A program made the position numbers and the translations under genes. Shown here one piece after another: positions 1 to 11,800 of a DNA stretch of 64,000 nt (positions within the stretch are counted from its first letter, which is position 1; every line of letters starts with the position of its first letter). Source of the stretch: Chrysomallon squamiferum (Eukaryota; Animalia; Mollusca); NCBI GenBank assembly GCA_012295275.1, contig CM022665.1, forward strand, positions 11,222,001-11,286,000. Reading direction: 5' to 3'. The notes under the pieces were generated by a model that worked only from the letters and a program-made list of their open reading frames with translations, made no database searches and was not told the DNA's origin.

Positions 1-1410
1 ATGTGAGTAGCTGTATATGAATACATGAATTGGGTAAAAATATTCATACTAAGTGAATTGCAAATGATGATGTTTCAAATATGAACTGGGGAAAAGAACA
101 TTTTAAAGCATTAATGGATAAAATTGCTTTTGTGGATAAAAACCTATAGAAAATTTGTATTTTTTAAAATTTAAAAGGCCTTTCAAAAACATATACAAAT
201 AAAAATAACAAAAATAATTTTAATTACTCATAATAATCAGAAAGCTAACTTAATATTGAATGCTTTCTGTAAGTTATAAATAATCAGTATTATTTTTTTT
301 ATTTTTTTTTTAAATTATTTTACTATTATTTTTTTTATTGCTATTATTATTAATTCTTTTTTATTTTTTTTACAAATTTATTCTGTGTATAAAATTAAAG
401 TGTGTCAGAAATTCAAAGTTATCTGTTACGATGTTGAATATTGTAGCTGAAAGATTAAGTAAAAATAAATAATTGCAGAAGGAAATGAGGCAAACTGGTG
501 CTGCTGTAGTCTCAGGGTGAAGTCACACTGTTTATTGTATTTGTTATTGTTTTCTTCTTTAATTCTGACATAATGTTCATTTAATTTCCCCACAGCAGTT
601 TATGTGATTATGTATGTAAAAGTTATTCATTAATGTAAAAATTAGAAGTCAGTACCATAATTGTTTTAGTTAATTACTTCATTTGTATTTTATTCCTTGA
701 AAAATGCACAAAATGTACAGATATTGTTTTGTTTTGTTGGTTTTTTTGGCGGGTAGGTTGGAAACACTAGCATTTTCCGTCCTTTGCCATATCATCACTT
801 CCTCTTGTCATAAAATATGATAATAAAAAAAAAATCACATTATATGCAAACATATATATAATTTTTCTTAATAAATTTTTTTCCATGACTGATGTTACCA
901 GTGTCTGCATTTCTTGATGAAATTTGCTTTTTAAGTAATTATTTTTGTGATGGAATTAAAATAATTTCACTGGTCTTTATCTTTGAAGTTTTTGTTAAAG
1001 AAAACAATAAAATTATTTAAATATTAATAAACATTCTGTTTTTGTTTTTCAGTGTTATTAAATAAATTTCCAAAACTTACCTTTTTTTTTTTTTTTTTTT
1101 TTTTTTAAGCTAATAGCTGGTGAGTTTATTGATAGTTGGATGTATATTTATATATCAAAAGGAGTGATATGTTATAAAAATGAATCTAAAAATGGGTATA
1201 TTTATTCTGAAAATTTTAAAATGTGGCCATAATCTGCAATTGATTTTCAGAAAATAAGTTCATTTGCAAAACTGCAAATATGTTATTTCTAGTTTTATAG
1301 ATACCATGTATCTTTGGTATGTATACCTGATATGTATGTAACGGTAAAAAGAAAATATATGCATGCTTATGTATAATATATAAATCAGATTATATATGAA
1401 ATGTATATAT

Positions 1411-1477
1411 CTATGTGTGTGAGTGTGTGTGCATGTGTGTGCATGTGTGTGTGTACATGTGTGTGTGCGTGCATGTG

Positions 1478-1512
<35 letters not shown>
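1411..1512. repeat. (TG)n microsatellite
   Basis: Directly visible; similar (CA/TG)n tracts at 3519-3620, 45362-45402 and 50118-50150. Confidence 0.95.
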
Positions 1513-1513
<1 letters not shown>

Positions 1514-3517
1514 ATTAAAACCGTGAAATAATGAATTACTATATGCAGGTAAAAATATACATACATTTGCATATACAGAATTTTTTTATCTTTTTTTTTT
1601 TTTTTTTTTTTTAGATCTGGCTTTAGTGATAAATATGATTCAGAAATGAATGATAAAGCAGAAACTAGTAAATCCAAACTGTTTTCACTGATGTTTTCAA
1701 TTAGTAGCAGTTTGGTGTAATGCATAAACTGAAAATGTCTGAAATTGTTTATGTTTTCATTTTTAATTCAGTGATAACATTTTGAAAAATATATAAAAGA
1801 AATACAAAGGTAAAAATTTTGATCATTAGTGTGGTGATTTCAATGTTAATAATTGTCTTTATGTTTTTCATAATTGCTTGTAGTTGTATTATTATTTAAT
1901 CATTTGAGATACAGTGTTTAACTGTTCTGCACAAAATGTAATCTAAACAATATATGTTCTTAAAATAAATAAACTATGATGCTGTTTCAGTAATGTGTAA
2001 AGTTGGTTTTTGCTTTCACTTGATGCATTTTAAAAACATCATCTTTCAGAATAATGTTTATTTTTCTAGGTGAAAGTACCCTTCAAAAGCCCAAATTTTT
2101 TTATGGGGATTCTCTTTGGTTTTTTGTTGGTATTTTGGTGTTTTTTTTTTTTTAACTTCCAAATGTTTTTATTTAAAACAGTTATTCAGAAAATAGTGTT
2201 TTTATTTTGTTGTCATTACTATTTATTGTATTATTGATAAAATTTAAATATTTTATTTAAAAAAAAAAAAAAGCAATTATATTTAGGTTTTGATTTGTAA
2301 AAACATCAGTATTTGTTTATTCTATTATTATTCCTTTATTTTATTATCAATAAAATTTAAATAATTAAAAAAAAAAAAAAAAAAAAAACTGGTTTTTGAT
2401 GTTGTGATTTGTAAAAATGTTAACTGAAACTAAGAATTGATTTAATTTTTAAGCATCTTGTTACAGATTAGTGAGAAATAAATCAGATGCATACCTGCAT
2501 TGATAATGAAATGAACTCATTTAAAACGTATGATGATAGAAGATTTTTTTCTTTACAATTGAATCATAAAAAAGGACTTGTTAAACTAGAAAAATTTACA
2601 ATAGTATTTTAATATCATGATTCCTCAGTGCTGATTAAAAATAAATAAAAATAAAAACAAACTTTACTAAAGCTTTTTGTTTATAAATGCAGTTTAAAAT
2701 TATTCAATCATTTACTATATGTCAGTTGGCACATGATTTGTGTTCAGTGTTTGGGTGATGATTTTTTATATATTTAACAAATTGTTTTTTTTTTTTTTTT
2801 TTTTGTAATTTATAATGTCTGGCATTATCTATACTCAGTATTTTGCTGTTGCAAACATGGTAGATCTAACACTGTGTATAAAATTCATTATTTGTACTGC
2901 ATTGCTTTAAACGCTTGATTTCCAATCGTGTACTTCATATGTATGTTTTTTTATTTTTTATTATTATTATTATTATTTCTGTCTTGTATTTAATTTGCAT
3001 ATTTTTGCTAAAATATTTTTTCCATTATCTTTATGTGTTGTGTTTAAATTATTTGACCATATTGGTTTTGATATTCCTGTGTATTTCAATCATTTCAAAT
3101 CATCTTCATTCCTTTTTCCTTTTTTTTTTTTTTTTTTTTTAAATTAAATTTTTCAGAAATTATCAAAGCACCATTCCATTTCATTCAAACATAATTTTAA
3201 GTTGTTTAAACAAAACTCTTCACTTAAGAAAATAACTGTGACACAAAAATAGTGATTTACAAATTTTAAAAACAAAACATACAAACATGGATGAATAGTG
3301 TTCAGAGTAATTTTACAGACATTTGTCCAGCATGATGGTAAAAAAAGATTTTTAAATCCTGGAAATAACAAAAAATATATTAAAAAGAACATTTATTCAG
3401 TGGAGATAATAAAATAACAGAAACTCAACAAAATTGCTTGTTGCTAAGAATGTAAAACTCCAGAGTATTATTTGTTGCTGAGAATTAGAAACAGTAGCAA
3501 TTGCAGAAGATGTAGCA

Positions 3518-3557
<40 letters not shown>

Positions 3558-4685
3558 ACACACATACTTATATACACACACACACACACATATGTATGTA
3601 TGTGTGTGTATGTATGTGTATGTATTTTTTTTATTATTTTTTTGTTCTAGTATTAGGTTTTGCATCATTTAAAAACAAATATTAAACTCTAAGCTGAGGT
3701 CATTCAGAATCTTGGTTTTGTTTTATCTTGTCAAATTCTTGTTGAATGATTTATTTTTATAATTTGTTCATATAAGGTGGTTTTGGGAATATGAACTTTT
3801 TTTTTATTTTATTTATTTTTTTATATATATATTTGTAAAACTGTCTTTTAGAGAATTTTGAATTTTGGTAGGATTTTCATTTCACAAGTTTATTAATACA
3901 TAATGATTGTTATTCAGCAAGTCATATCAAATTCGGATGATGCTAAATCAAGAAAATTTATTTCTGATTGTATTACATTATGTTAAAATCTAATGTAATA
4001 CAAGCATCCTTGTTTGCTGTTGTTTAAATCATGATATGTATTCCATTTGTACGATGACTTTTCTGTGATGTCAAATATAAAAATTAAAAACTTTATCATC
4101 TTTAGAAATTTTCAGTTCATTATTTCATTTTTTTATTTTCACTTATTTAAAACTTTCAACAATTATAAGTTGAATATGTGAGCATGAGAGTGCATGTTTG
4201 AATGAGTGTGTGGACTGATGGATGTGTGGTCACTGGTATGTGGATGTTTACATCATACATATCCAAAAACAGTTATAAGCATGATGAGGAACATTATAGT
4301 GGAAATCAGGCTAACTCATTTTCAAGAACTGGTTCAACCATTATCCCCTCTATGATGGGGGTTTTGTCACTCACCAGGTAACTTAACGTTGCTGCATTTA
4401 AGTGCTGTAATTTTAATATTGGAAAAATAAAAACAAATATTCCTTTTCAAAAAAAATTATAATAATAATAAAAAGTAAGTAAATAAAAATAAAAATGAAC
4501 AAATGAATAAAATAAAATAAAATAAAATTATAATTTAAGAAGAAATAGTTTAAATGTATTTTTTACTTCCTAGCCTGAGTTTGTTCTGGCAGAGAACAGC
4601 CAGGATATTTGTATAAATTTCTGTGCCAGAAATAGGTCTATGATCATGGCAACGATTCTGGCTAATAATGATTTTTTTTAATAAT

Positions 4686-5189
4686 AATTTTGGCTTTACA
4701 TTCCTTTAGATCGGTCATTTTCGAGTTCGCTAATTGTTCTTTTAAAGAATGTTGTTTCAATTTCTAAGTATTAAAAATATACAAATACAAATTATTTAAT
4801 TAAATGTATTGTGGCTATAATTATTAAACTCCTGTATGATGAGGATAGAAAACATCAACCAAAGATATTACTTAATCAAAAAAAAAAAAAAAAAAAAAAA
4901 CCAAAACCCCATCCATTCGGTTTTAGATTAAAAATATGATAATTAATAATGAAATATTAAACGTGAAATAACTGATTATTATTATTTTTTTTTTTTTTTT
5001 TTTTCACCTGTTTATCACGTTACGTCATGATTCAGGGATTCAAACATGTCCGAAGATTTCCGAATCGGGGATTTATGATTGGAATCTCAGGTTTTTGCTT
5101 GTAGCGTGAACATGTACGACTGCATGGTACTTTTTATGGTACCAACGAGCTCGAAAATGACCGATTTAAAGGAATGTACAGCCAAAATT
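4686..5189. repeat. Inverted repeat (44-bp arms), possibly foldback/MITE-derived
   Basis: 4686-4729 and the reverse complement of 5146-5189 differ at 3 of 44 positions; weaker similarity continues outward. Confidence 0.75.
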
Positions 5190-5327
5190 TGTATTGACTG
5201 TATAGCCGGAAGATTAGGCAAACAAAAACAGACTTATTTCTAGGAAAGAACCAGCCATATGCATACCCGTCCGTCTGAACTGATACTCGGTCTTCTAACT
5301 TCCAAGTTATGCTGTATTATTTTTATT

Positions 5328-5368
<41 letters not shown>

Positions 5369-6016
5369 ATAAAGAAAGAGAGCAAAAAAGTTTAGTTTAA
5401 AAATATCTGGGCACAGACATTTTTTTCGTAGTGACGTCATCGGTACGGGGGTAACTGATTTGCTCTAAAATTCTTTTAGTGGTATCTGAAAAACCAAAAC
5501 AAAACTTTCACCAGCCATACAAGGAAATAATAATAATAATTTAATATTATTAATATATACAAATATATATATATAAAAATCGGTAGGCGTACCTGCCAGA
5601 ATAATCAAAAACGACATTTGGATAATGTATGAAAACGATGCTAACTAATATTTAAATAAATAAATAAAATAAAATAATAAATAAATAACCTTGCATCTCA
5701 CATTTAATATTTCATTATTAGTTATGATTATATTTTTAATCGGAAATTTAATGAAATTTTAGTGATTTTAATCATTCCTTTCGTAGATGTTTTCTATTCT
5801 CGTCTTTATAAGAGTTTAATAATTATACATTTAAATGCAATTAAATTATTTTTACCTGTAAATGTTTAATATTTAGAATCAAACCTGTATGAGAGATCAA
5901 AAATTACTTTGGCTGCCATTTAATAAATACTTCAAAATTTTATTTCATCCTCGTTCTTCCGATACAGCCGATAATAAGCCCGAATAGCGTTTTAGTAAGT
6001 AGGACACCACAACAAA

Positions 6017-7147
6017 ATGGCTGCTTGTCGGGTGTTGTTTACAACGAAGTTACTTCGTTATGGTTTTGTTACATCTTCCAAATGCAGCTTTGTCACTCGC
6101 TTATGTCATCAGACATCGAAAGCAGCATCACTGGAGATCATATACAACACATATGGTGACCCTAGAGAAGTTCTTGAATGTAAAGTTGCCGATATTCCGA
6201 ACTCCATAGGACCGGACGAAGTGCTTGTCAAAATGTTAATGGCCCCGATCAACCCTTCAGATATAAATATGGTGGAGGGTACATACTTTATTCGCCCTCC
6301 TCTGCCCGCAGTTGTTGGCAACGAAGGAGTAGGTGAGGTTGTTGACAAAGGTCCAAATGTATCTACGCTTGATATAGGCGATTGGATAATTCCACGTGAC
6401 AGCGGTTTCGGAACTTGGAGGACATACGCGTTACCGAAATCATCGGATGTAATAAAGATAACAAAAGACATCCCTCCGGTTTCTGTAGCAACAATTTCTG
6501 TAAACCCCTGTTCAGCATACAGAATGCTAAAGGACTATGTCAATTTACAACCAGGCGACTATATAATTCAAAACGGTGCAAACAGTTCAGTTGGACAGTG
6601 TGTAATCCAACTAGCAAAGCATTGGGGTCTTAAAAGCATAAACGTCGTGAGGAACAGAAATGAAATTGAAAAACTCATGTCATATTTAAAAAACATTGGT
6701 GCAGATCACGTTGTAACTGAAGAATTTTGCAGAACACCTGAAATGAAAGAACTAATAAAATCATTGCCAAATCCTCCAAAACTGGCACTAAATTGTGTTG
6801 GTGGCAAAAGTTCTTCAGAACTACTGAGATGTTTAGCTCATGGTGGAACCATGGTAACGTATGGGGGAATGTCAAAACAGCCAGTTATTATACCAACTGG
6901 AACTTTGATCTTCAAAGAAGTACGTTTAGCCGGGTATTGGAACACTCAATGGAATAAAAACAATTCTGACAACGAAGAAAGAAAGAAAATGGTTAACGAT
7001 TTATGTGACTTAATACGGACAAAGAAATTTGTATCTCCTCGCTATGAGTTTGTCTACATTTCTCAGTACCAAAAAGCTGTAAAAACTGCAATGGAAGGTT
7101 TCAAAAATGATAAACAAATCCTTGTGATGGACGAAACTTTGATTTGA
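6017..7147 (+). CDS. MECR: Mitochondrial trans-2-enoyl-CoA/enoyl-[ACP] reductase (MDR superfamily), single coding exon, 376 aa
   Basis: Intact ORF in AAAATGG context. Basic/hydroxylated N-terminus with no acidic residue until E40 (transit-peptide-like). Family motifs APINPSDINMVEGTY, GNEGVGEV, GTWRT, VNPCSAYRML, IQNGANSSVGQ, LALNCVGGKS, MVTYGGMSKQP, GYW. AATAAA at 7179 and 7251. Confidence 0.96.
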   Translation: MAACRVLFTTKLLRYGFVTSSKCSFVTRLCHQTSKAASLEIIYNTYGDPREVLECKVADIPNSIGPDEVLVKMLMAPINPSDINMVEGTYFIRPPLPAVVGNEGVGEVVDKGPNVSTLDIGDWIIPRDSGFGTWRTYALPKSSDVIKITKDIPPVSVATISVNPCSAYRMLKDYVNLQPGDYIIQNGANSSVGQCVIQLAKHWGLKSINVVRNRNEIEKLMSYLKNIGADHVVTEEFCRTPEMKELIKSLPNPPKLALNCVGGKSSSELLRCLAHGGTMVTYGGMSKQPVIIPTGTLIFKEVRLAGYWNTQWNKNNSDNEERKKMVNDLCDLIRTKKFVSPRYEFVYISQYQKAVKTAMEGFKNDKQILVMDETLI

Positions 7148-8708
7148 TTATGAATGGTTGTTGCCAAGCTGTTTAGTTAATAAAAACTGTTCCATGCATG
7201 CATTCATAGACCGTTTGTTGAATTTATCATTATTATTTATTTTTAAAAGCAATAAAATAATAATAATTATTATTATTATTTGCCAATTGATAAAATTATA
7301 GTCATAATCCCATAGATATTTTAATTTTGTTATACATTATACAGAACGCAAAACACAGAAACACACATAATTATACGCACTTTCTCCCACAAGAGTAATT
7401 TTAAATTATAAAGTGAAATAAAGCAATTTTTGTTAAGCCAATTATAGTAAATACAGGTCTGCAGCAACATTTAAAACTGATTTTGTTGTATGAACGTAAT
7501 TAGAAAAAATAAAATGATTGTTAATTCCATAATGTGCTTTTAGATTAGTTAATCTAATTAAATTTAAACTCAGATGTAATTCGGTATTATGAAAACTGAA
7601 TACCATGGTATTATCAACAATCTGCCTATGACCTTATTTTATAATATGGTCAAAAGCTGTTGCCAATATCTCTGGTTTGATGAATTCTTGGTCTTCGTCC
7701 ACGCAGAGATTCACATTATTGTAATATGTATTATTTTCAGTAATATTATTAACAAGGTTAAAAGCCACGCTCTCCAAATACCTTAAAGCTTGCTCCTGCA
7801 AATGGCTACTGTTTTATCTTATTGTTTTAAGTTCCACATTTCTGTCTCACGAAATTATACGTCTTTTGTCGAAAATAGATTAAGTTGCGCGCTGCTGCAA
7901 CATTATTCTTTTCATACGATAATATTATGTCATCTAACCAGATACGTAACATACATAAATGAACATAAATTATGCAAGCTCGTTGAAGCTGATTAACCAT
8001 GCAAAGACGTTAGACAGCCGTATTTGAAGTGATGAACAACGTCGGCATGGTGGAAACCACTGACATGGACACTGCCAACAGTGATAATCACCGTCATTAC
8101 AGTCCCAACCAATGTCATAATGACACACACACACACACACATCACTTTTATTTACATATATAAAAGATCAAAAAAAAAAAAAAAAAAAAAGAAAGAAATT
8201 GTGCAGTGGTTTGTTTTATTATTTAAAGTATTACACCAACAGCAACGACAAAACATAGTCTGAATCCTTGTAAAATACATTTTAGTTATTTACGGAATAA
8301 GAGCAGGTACCTTTGAAACAGTTTACATAAAATTTAAATGAAAGTATTGTTCTTTCATTTGTTAAACCTTTCATTGTTGCATTAATATCTCCTGGTGTTT
8401 TTAGGTAAATAGTTTAGTGATATTCTGATTCTGCTGATACTTGAGTTTTTTACGAAAGCCTGTTAATCATTGGTTCTTGTGTTTAATCAAATCAAGCAAC
8501 GGTAAATTGGAATGCATTTATAGAAAATAGCAGGCGCACGTGGACGACGCAATTTAGAACCAATCGGTACCTTTCGGAGAATGATTTTTACATTAAAAAA
8601 CAAATAGAGGCACAAGTGTAGAAATATAATATAACAATTTCAAGTCTGTTCATACAGCTTTGTAAAAAAAAAAAAAAAAAAAAAAATTACAGCAAATAAA
8701 GGTTTATG

Positions 8709-8770
8709 CCGGAAAAGGAAGTTATGTCCTGCCCATGCGCGTTTTGCCTAGCAACATTATAAACAAAATG
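8709..8770 (+). promoter_or_regulatory. SPAG17 proximal promoter: ETS-like sites, RFX X-box and forkhead (FOXJ1-type) site
   Basis: CCGGAAAAGGAAGT at 8709-8722; TTTGCCTAGCAAC at 8743-8755 (near X-box); TAAACAAA at 8760-8767; locally CpG-rich, about 80-130 bp upstream of the ATG. Confidence 0.6.
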
Positions 8771-8844
8771 GCTCTATATGTTGTCAAAGTTTGTATTTAT
8801 ACTGTCCAGTAGAGCATTTTTAGAAACGATAGGAAATTGCTAAA

Positions 8845-11800
8845 ATGGCAAAATCTACAAAACGCGTTAGAAGCGGACACCCAACTATTCAAAAGTGGGA
8901 ACAAGCCCTGTTAGCGGCCGCTTTTGATGAAGTAAGTCCACGAAACAGAAATAAAAGCGATAATAATTAAGAAAAGAAAGTTAAATAAACATAATCTATT
9001 ATTATTAAGTATTAAAATAAACTTCGAAAAAAGAGACACATTTAACAAAAAGTAGCTATTATATTTAAAATACTGTGTAATCTGAAATAAACTAATCAGA
9101 ATATAATTTGAACAATAATTTTCATTGTCTTATGTGTGTATGTGTGTGCGTGTGCGTGCTCATAACATTTTAAAAACTTCAAATATGCATATAGCTTTGT
9201 TTTTGTTTCAGGATAAATGGAAGTCCAATATAACATTTCTTGTTGGAAATCAACCAGAAGACTATGTCCATATAAAAGCCTTAAGTGCTTCTGTAGCAAG
9301 TGGCATCAGAAAATTATTCAGTGTTATTTCTCAGGAAGAACTGTACAAGGAGGTTATTTCTTTTATATAATAATAATAATAAATTTAATATATTGCATAC
9401 AAGAATTCAAAAATTAAATTTTAGGTTTTAATAAATTTATAATTAATTGGTTCTTATGTAAAAATTCTCATTAAGCTAAGCTTGCAAGCAAAATAAGTTT
9501 TGATCAAAGAAAATTTGTGATAAATAATTTGGAAATACTACTGTGGTGATTACTACATGTAGACTGTCAGTTTACTTATAATATTTTGATAGCAGATATA
9601 TTAATGAAATGTTAATTATACTAGTAAAACCACTGGAACAATTAATACATTGTTGGGAGTTTCATTGTTAGTTTTAGTGATAATTATAACCTGATATTCG
9701 CTTTCAGGTTAATGAAATTGGGAATCCTAAGCTTAAGAAATCAAAAGATGTTCCTCCCCATTATGAGGTGTGTGAGGCATGCAAGTTGTATCTTGACCTG
9801 AATGAAGACATTCCACTGACACTACAAGCTCGGCTAATTAAATACAAGCTGTTAAGTATCAAAGCAGCAGATCTCAAAAGAAGAGATGCAGAAAAGAAAG
9901 TAAGTGATTGGAAAACACTGGCACTAAAGGTGAAATTTAAAATGCAGCTTTATAAAGTTTGTTATATACTTTACTGATATACAGTCAAACAGTTTAAATA
10001 CTTTTTGTATATTTCTAAATGATTGTTTTCATTGTGACTGTTGCTAATAACAAAGCACAATATGGAGTTAGCATGGAGGGTGAACATTTTACCTATACTT
10101 TGATATCATTTTCTTTTTGGAGAAATAAAAATATTTTTTTATTTATTTATTTATTCATTCATTTATTTATTTATTTAATGACACCCAATAACAAAAAAAA
10201 AATCAGTTATTGGGTGTTGAATTATAAGAAAGTCTTTGTTGAATGTGAGTTGACAACTTGCAAAAATTTACTCTCTCTGTCGTGTTATTTGCTTCTGTTT
10301 ATCTGAAATGACATAACAATACATTAAATATATCATTCATTTGTCATTCCTTATCATAAGTAAATATTGACCACCATTTAATAAATGTATTGCTTTCTTT
10401 AACAAGTATTAATAATGAAATAATTAAATCTGCAGCTGTTAGAACAAAATGCTCAAAAACGACAGGTAAGCTGACAAATAAGTTTCAGGGAATTGGTTGT
10501 TTTGTGTGGCTTAGCAATAACATTCAGTTAGACAATCCTTAAGCAGTAAATTTATTTAGGGAATTTTCTGTTTAAAAACATTATGCTTAGTGATTTTTTG
10601 TTTGTTTTTTTATTGTCACCAAGACTATCCTGTATCCAGATAAATGAATGCTACAGAATCCATAATGATTTCTTATGGAAATGCTAGCGAGTTGTAATAC
10701 ATAAATGTCATTTTCTCATTTAAAACATGTATTTTGAAACACTAACCTCAAAAAATATTATTTTGAAATACTGTTTGGCTTTACTAATCATAAAAGGCAA
10801 TAAACGTAAGAAATCTAAATATGAACTGTGAAATCAGGTTATGATAATAAATGAAAATATTCTTCTTTCTAAATTAGAGTCTAATTAGATTTCTTTTGTA
10901 TGTTTGTTAATGTTATTTTTTGAAAATTATTTGTTGTTTTGTTTTTCATGTTTTTAAAACTCCATTTTTGTTTTGAAAAACATACAAAAGAAAAACATTT
11001 TAATGAAATGAAAAACCACACAGTAAAACAACTCTCTGAAATGCTGCAGTTATTGTTGATCAGTTGTTTTGAAAGTTTACATTTTTATGATTTTATTATT
11101 TTTAAAAGAACTCTTTGTATTTATAAAAGTATAATGATTTAACTGTCTCTGACATTTAAATAAAACAAATTTTCAGTAAGTGAAAAACAGTTCTCACATG
11201 AAATATTTTCTCTTTTGAGTGCATTTATTCAATTATTATTTTAATAGTCATCATTTAAAGCATACTTGTTATTGTTTATATAAAGACTTTGGTTTCAGAA
11301 TTATTTAATTTATTAACAGTAGTATTTGTAAATAATATTATTATATATATATATCTTTACATATGAAAGTGTTGAGTGAAAATAATCATATCGCTGCTTT
11401 GAAACTAATTACCTAAAAATACAGGAATGATGTTTATTATATTAGGGTCATACATATCTCCCATTATAATAAAATAAACAATTTTGTCACAGTGAATTAC
11501 AAAATAAAGATGTTTAGAAATATAAATTTTCATTATTGTGTCTACCAATGTACTACTATTCATTCATTTCATTTCTTTAATTAAAATTCATTCAATGCTC
11601 TTTCCTGGTAAGTATAATGCAGACAAGAAGCTGAATGGTATTTGTAAAACTAAATATAAGATAGATTCATATATAAATGTTTATGCTTTAGTTAATACAG
11701 TGTTTCTTTGATTATACTGAATATAAATTTAATTGAAATCTACAATTTAGTGAGATCTCAATAACACTTAATATTTTTCAGTGAAAATTATTTGCATTTC

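Noticed and set aside
1411-5440. ORFs rich in HT/CV/N/F runs (also at 15062-15690, 17995-18308, 43470-43836, 45180-45708, 55257-56452, 58711-59183)
   Set aside because: Translations of (CA)n, (AAT)n, (ACT)n and poly-A/T tracts; no domain or splice support.
6109-6875. Antisense and alternate-frame ORFs overlapping MECR (likewise 30144-30522 over SPAG17 exon 27 and 50353-50601 over ILP-A)
   Set aside because: Shadow ORFs of real coding sequence with no recognisable features.
8029-8064. C/D box snoRNA-like TGATGA...CTGA
   Set aside because: Boxes only about 30 nt apart, no convincing guide sequence, and not intronic.
7630-8120. Short minus-strand frames between MECR and SPAG17 (MTLVGTVMTVIITVG..., EQALRYLESVAFNLV...)
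   Set aside because: Under 60 aa, no recognisable family, and I could not build a coherent spliced model.
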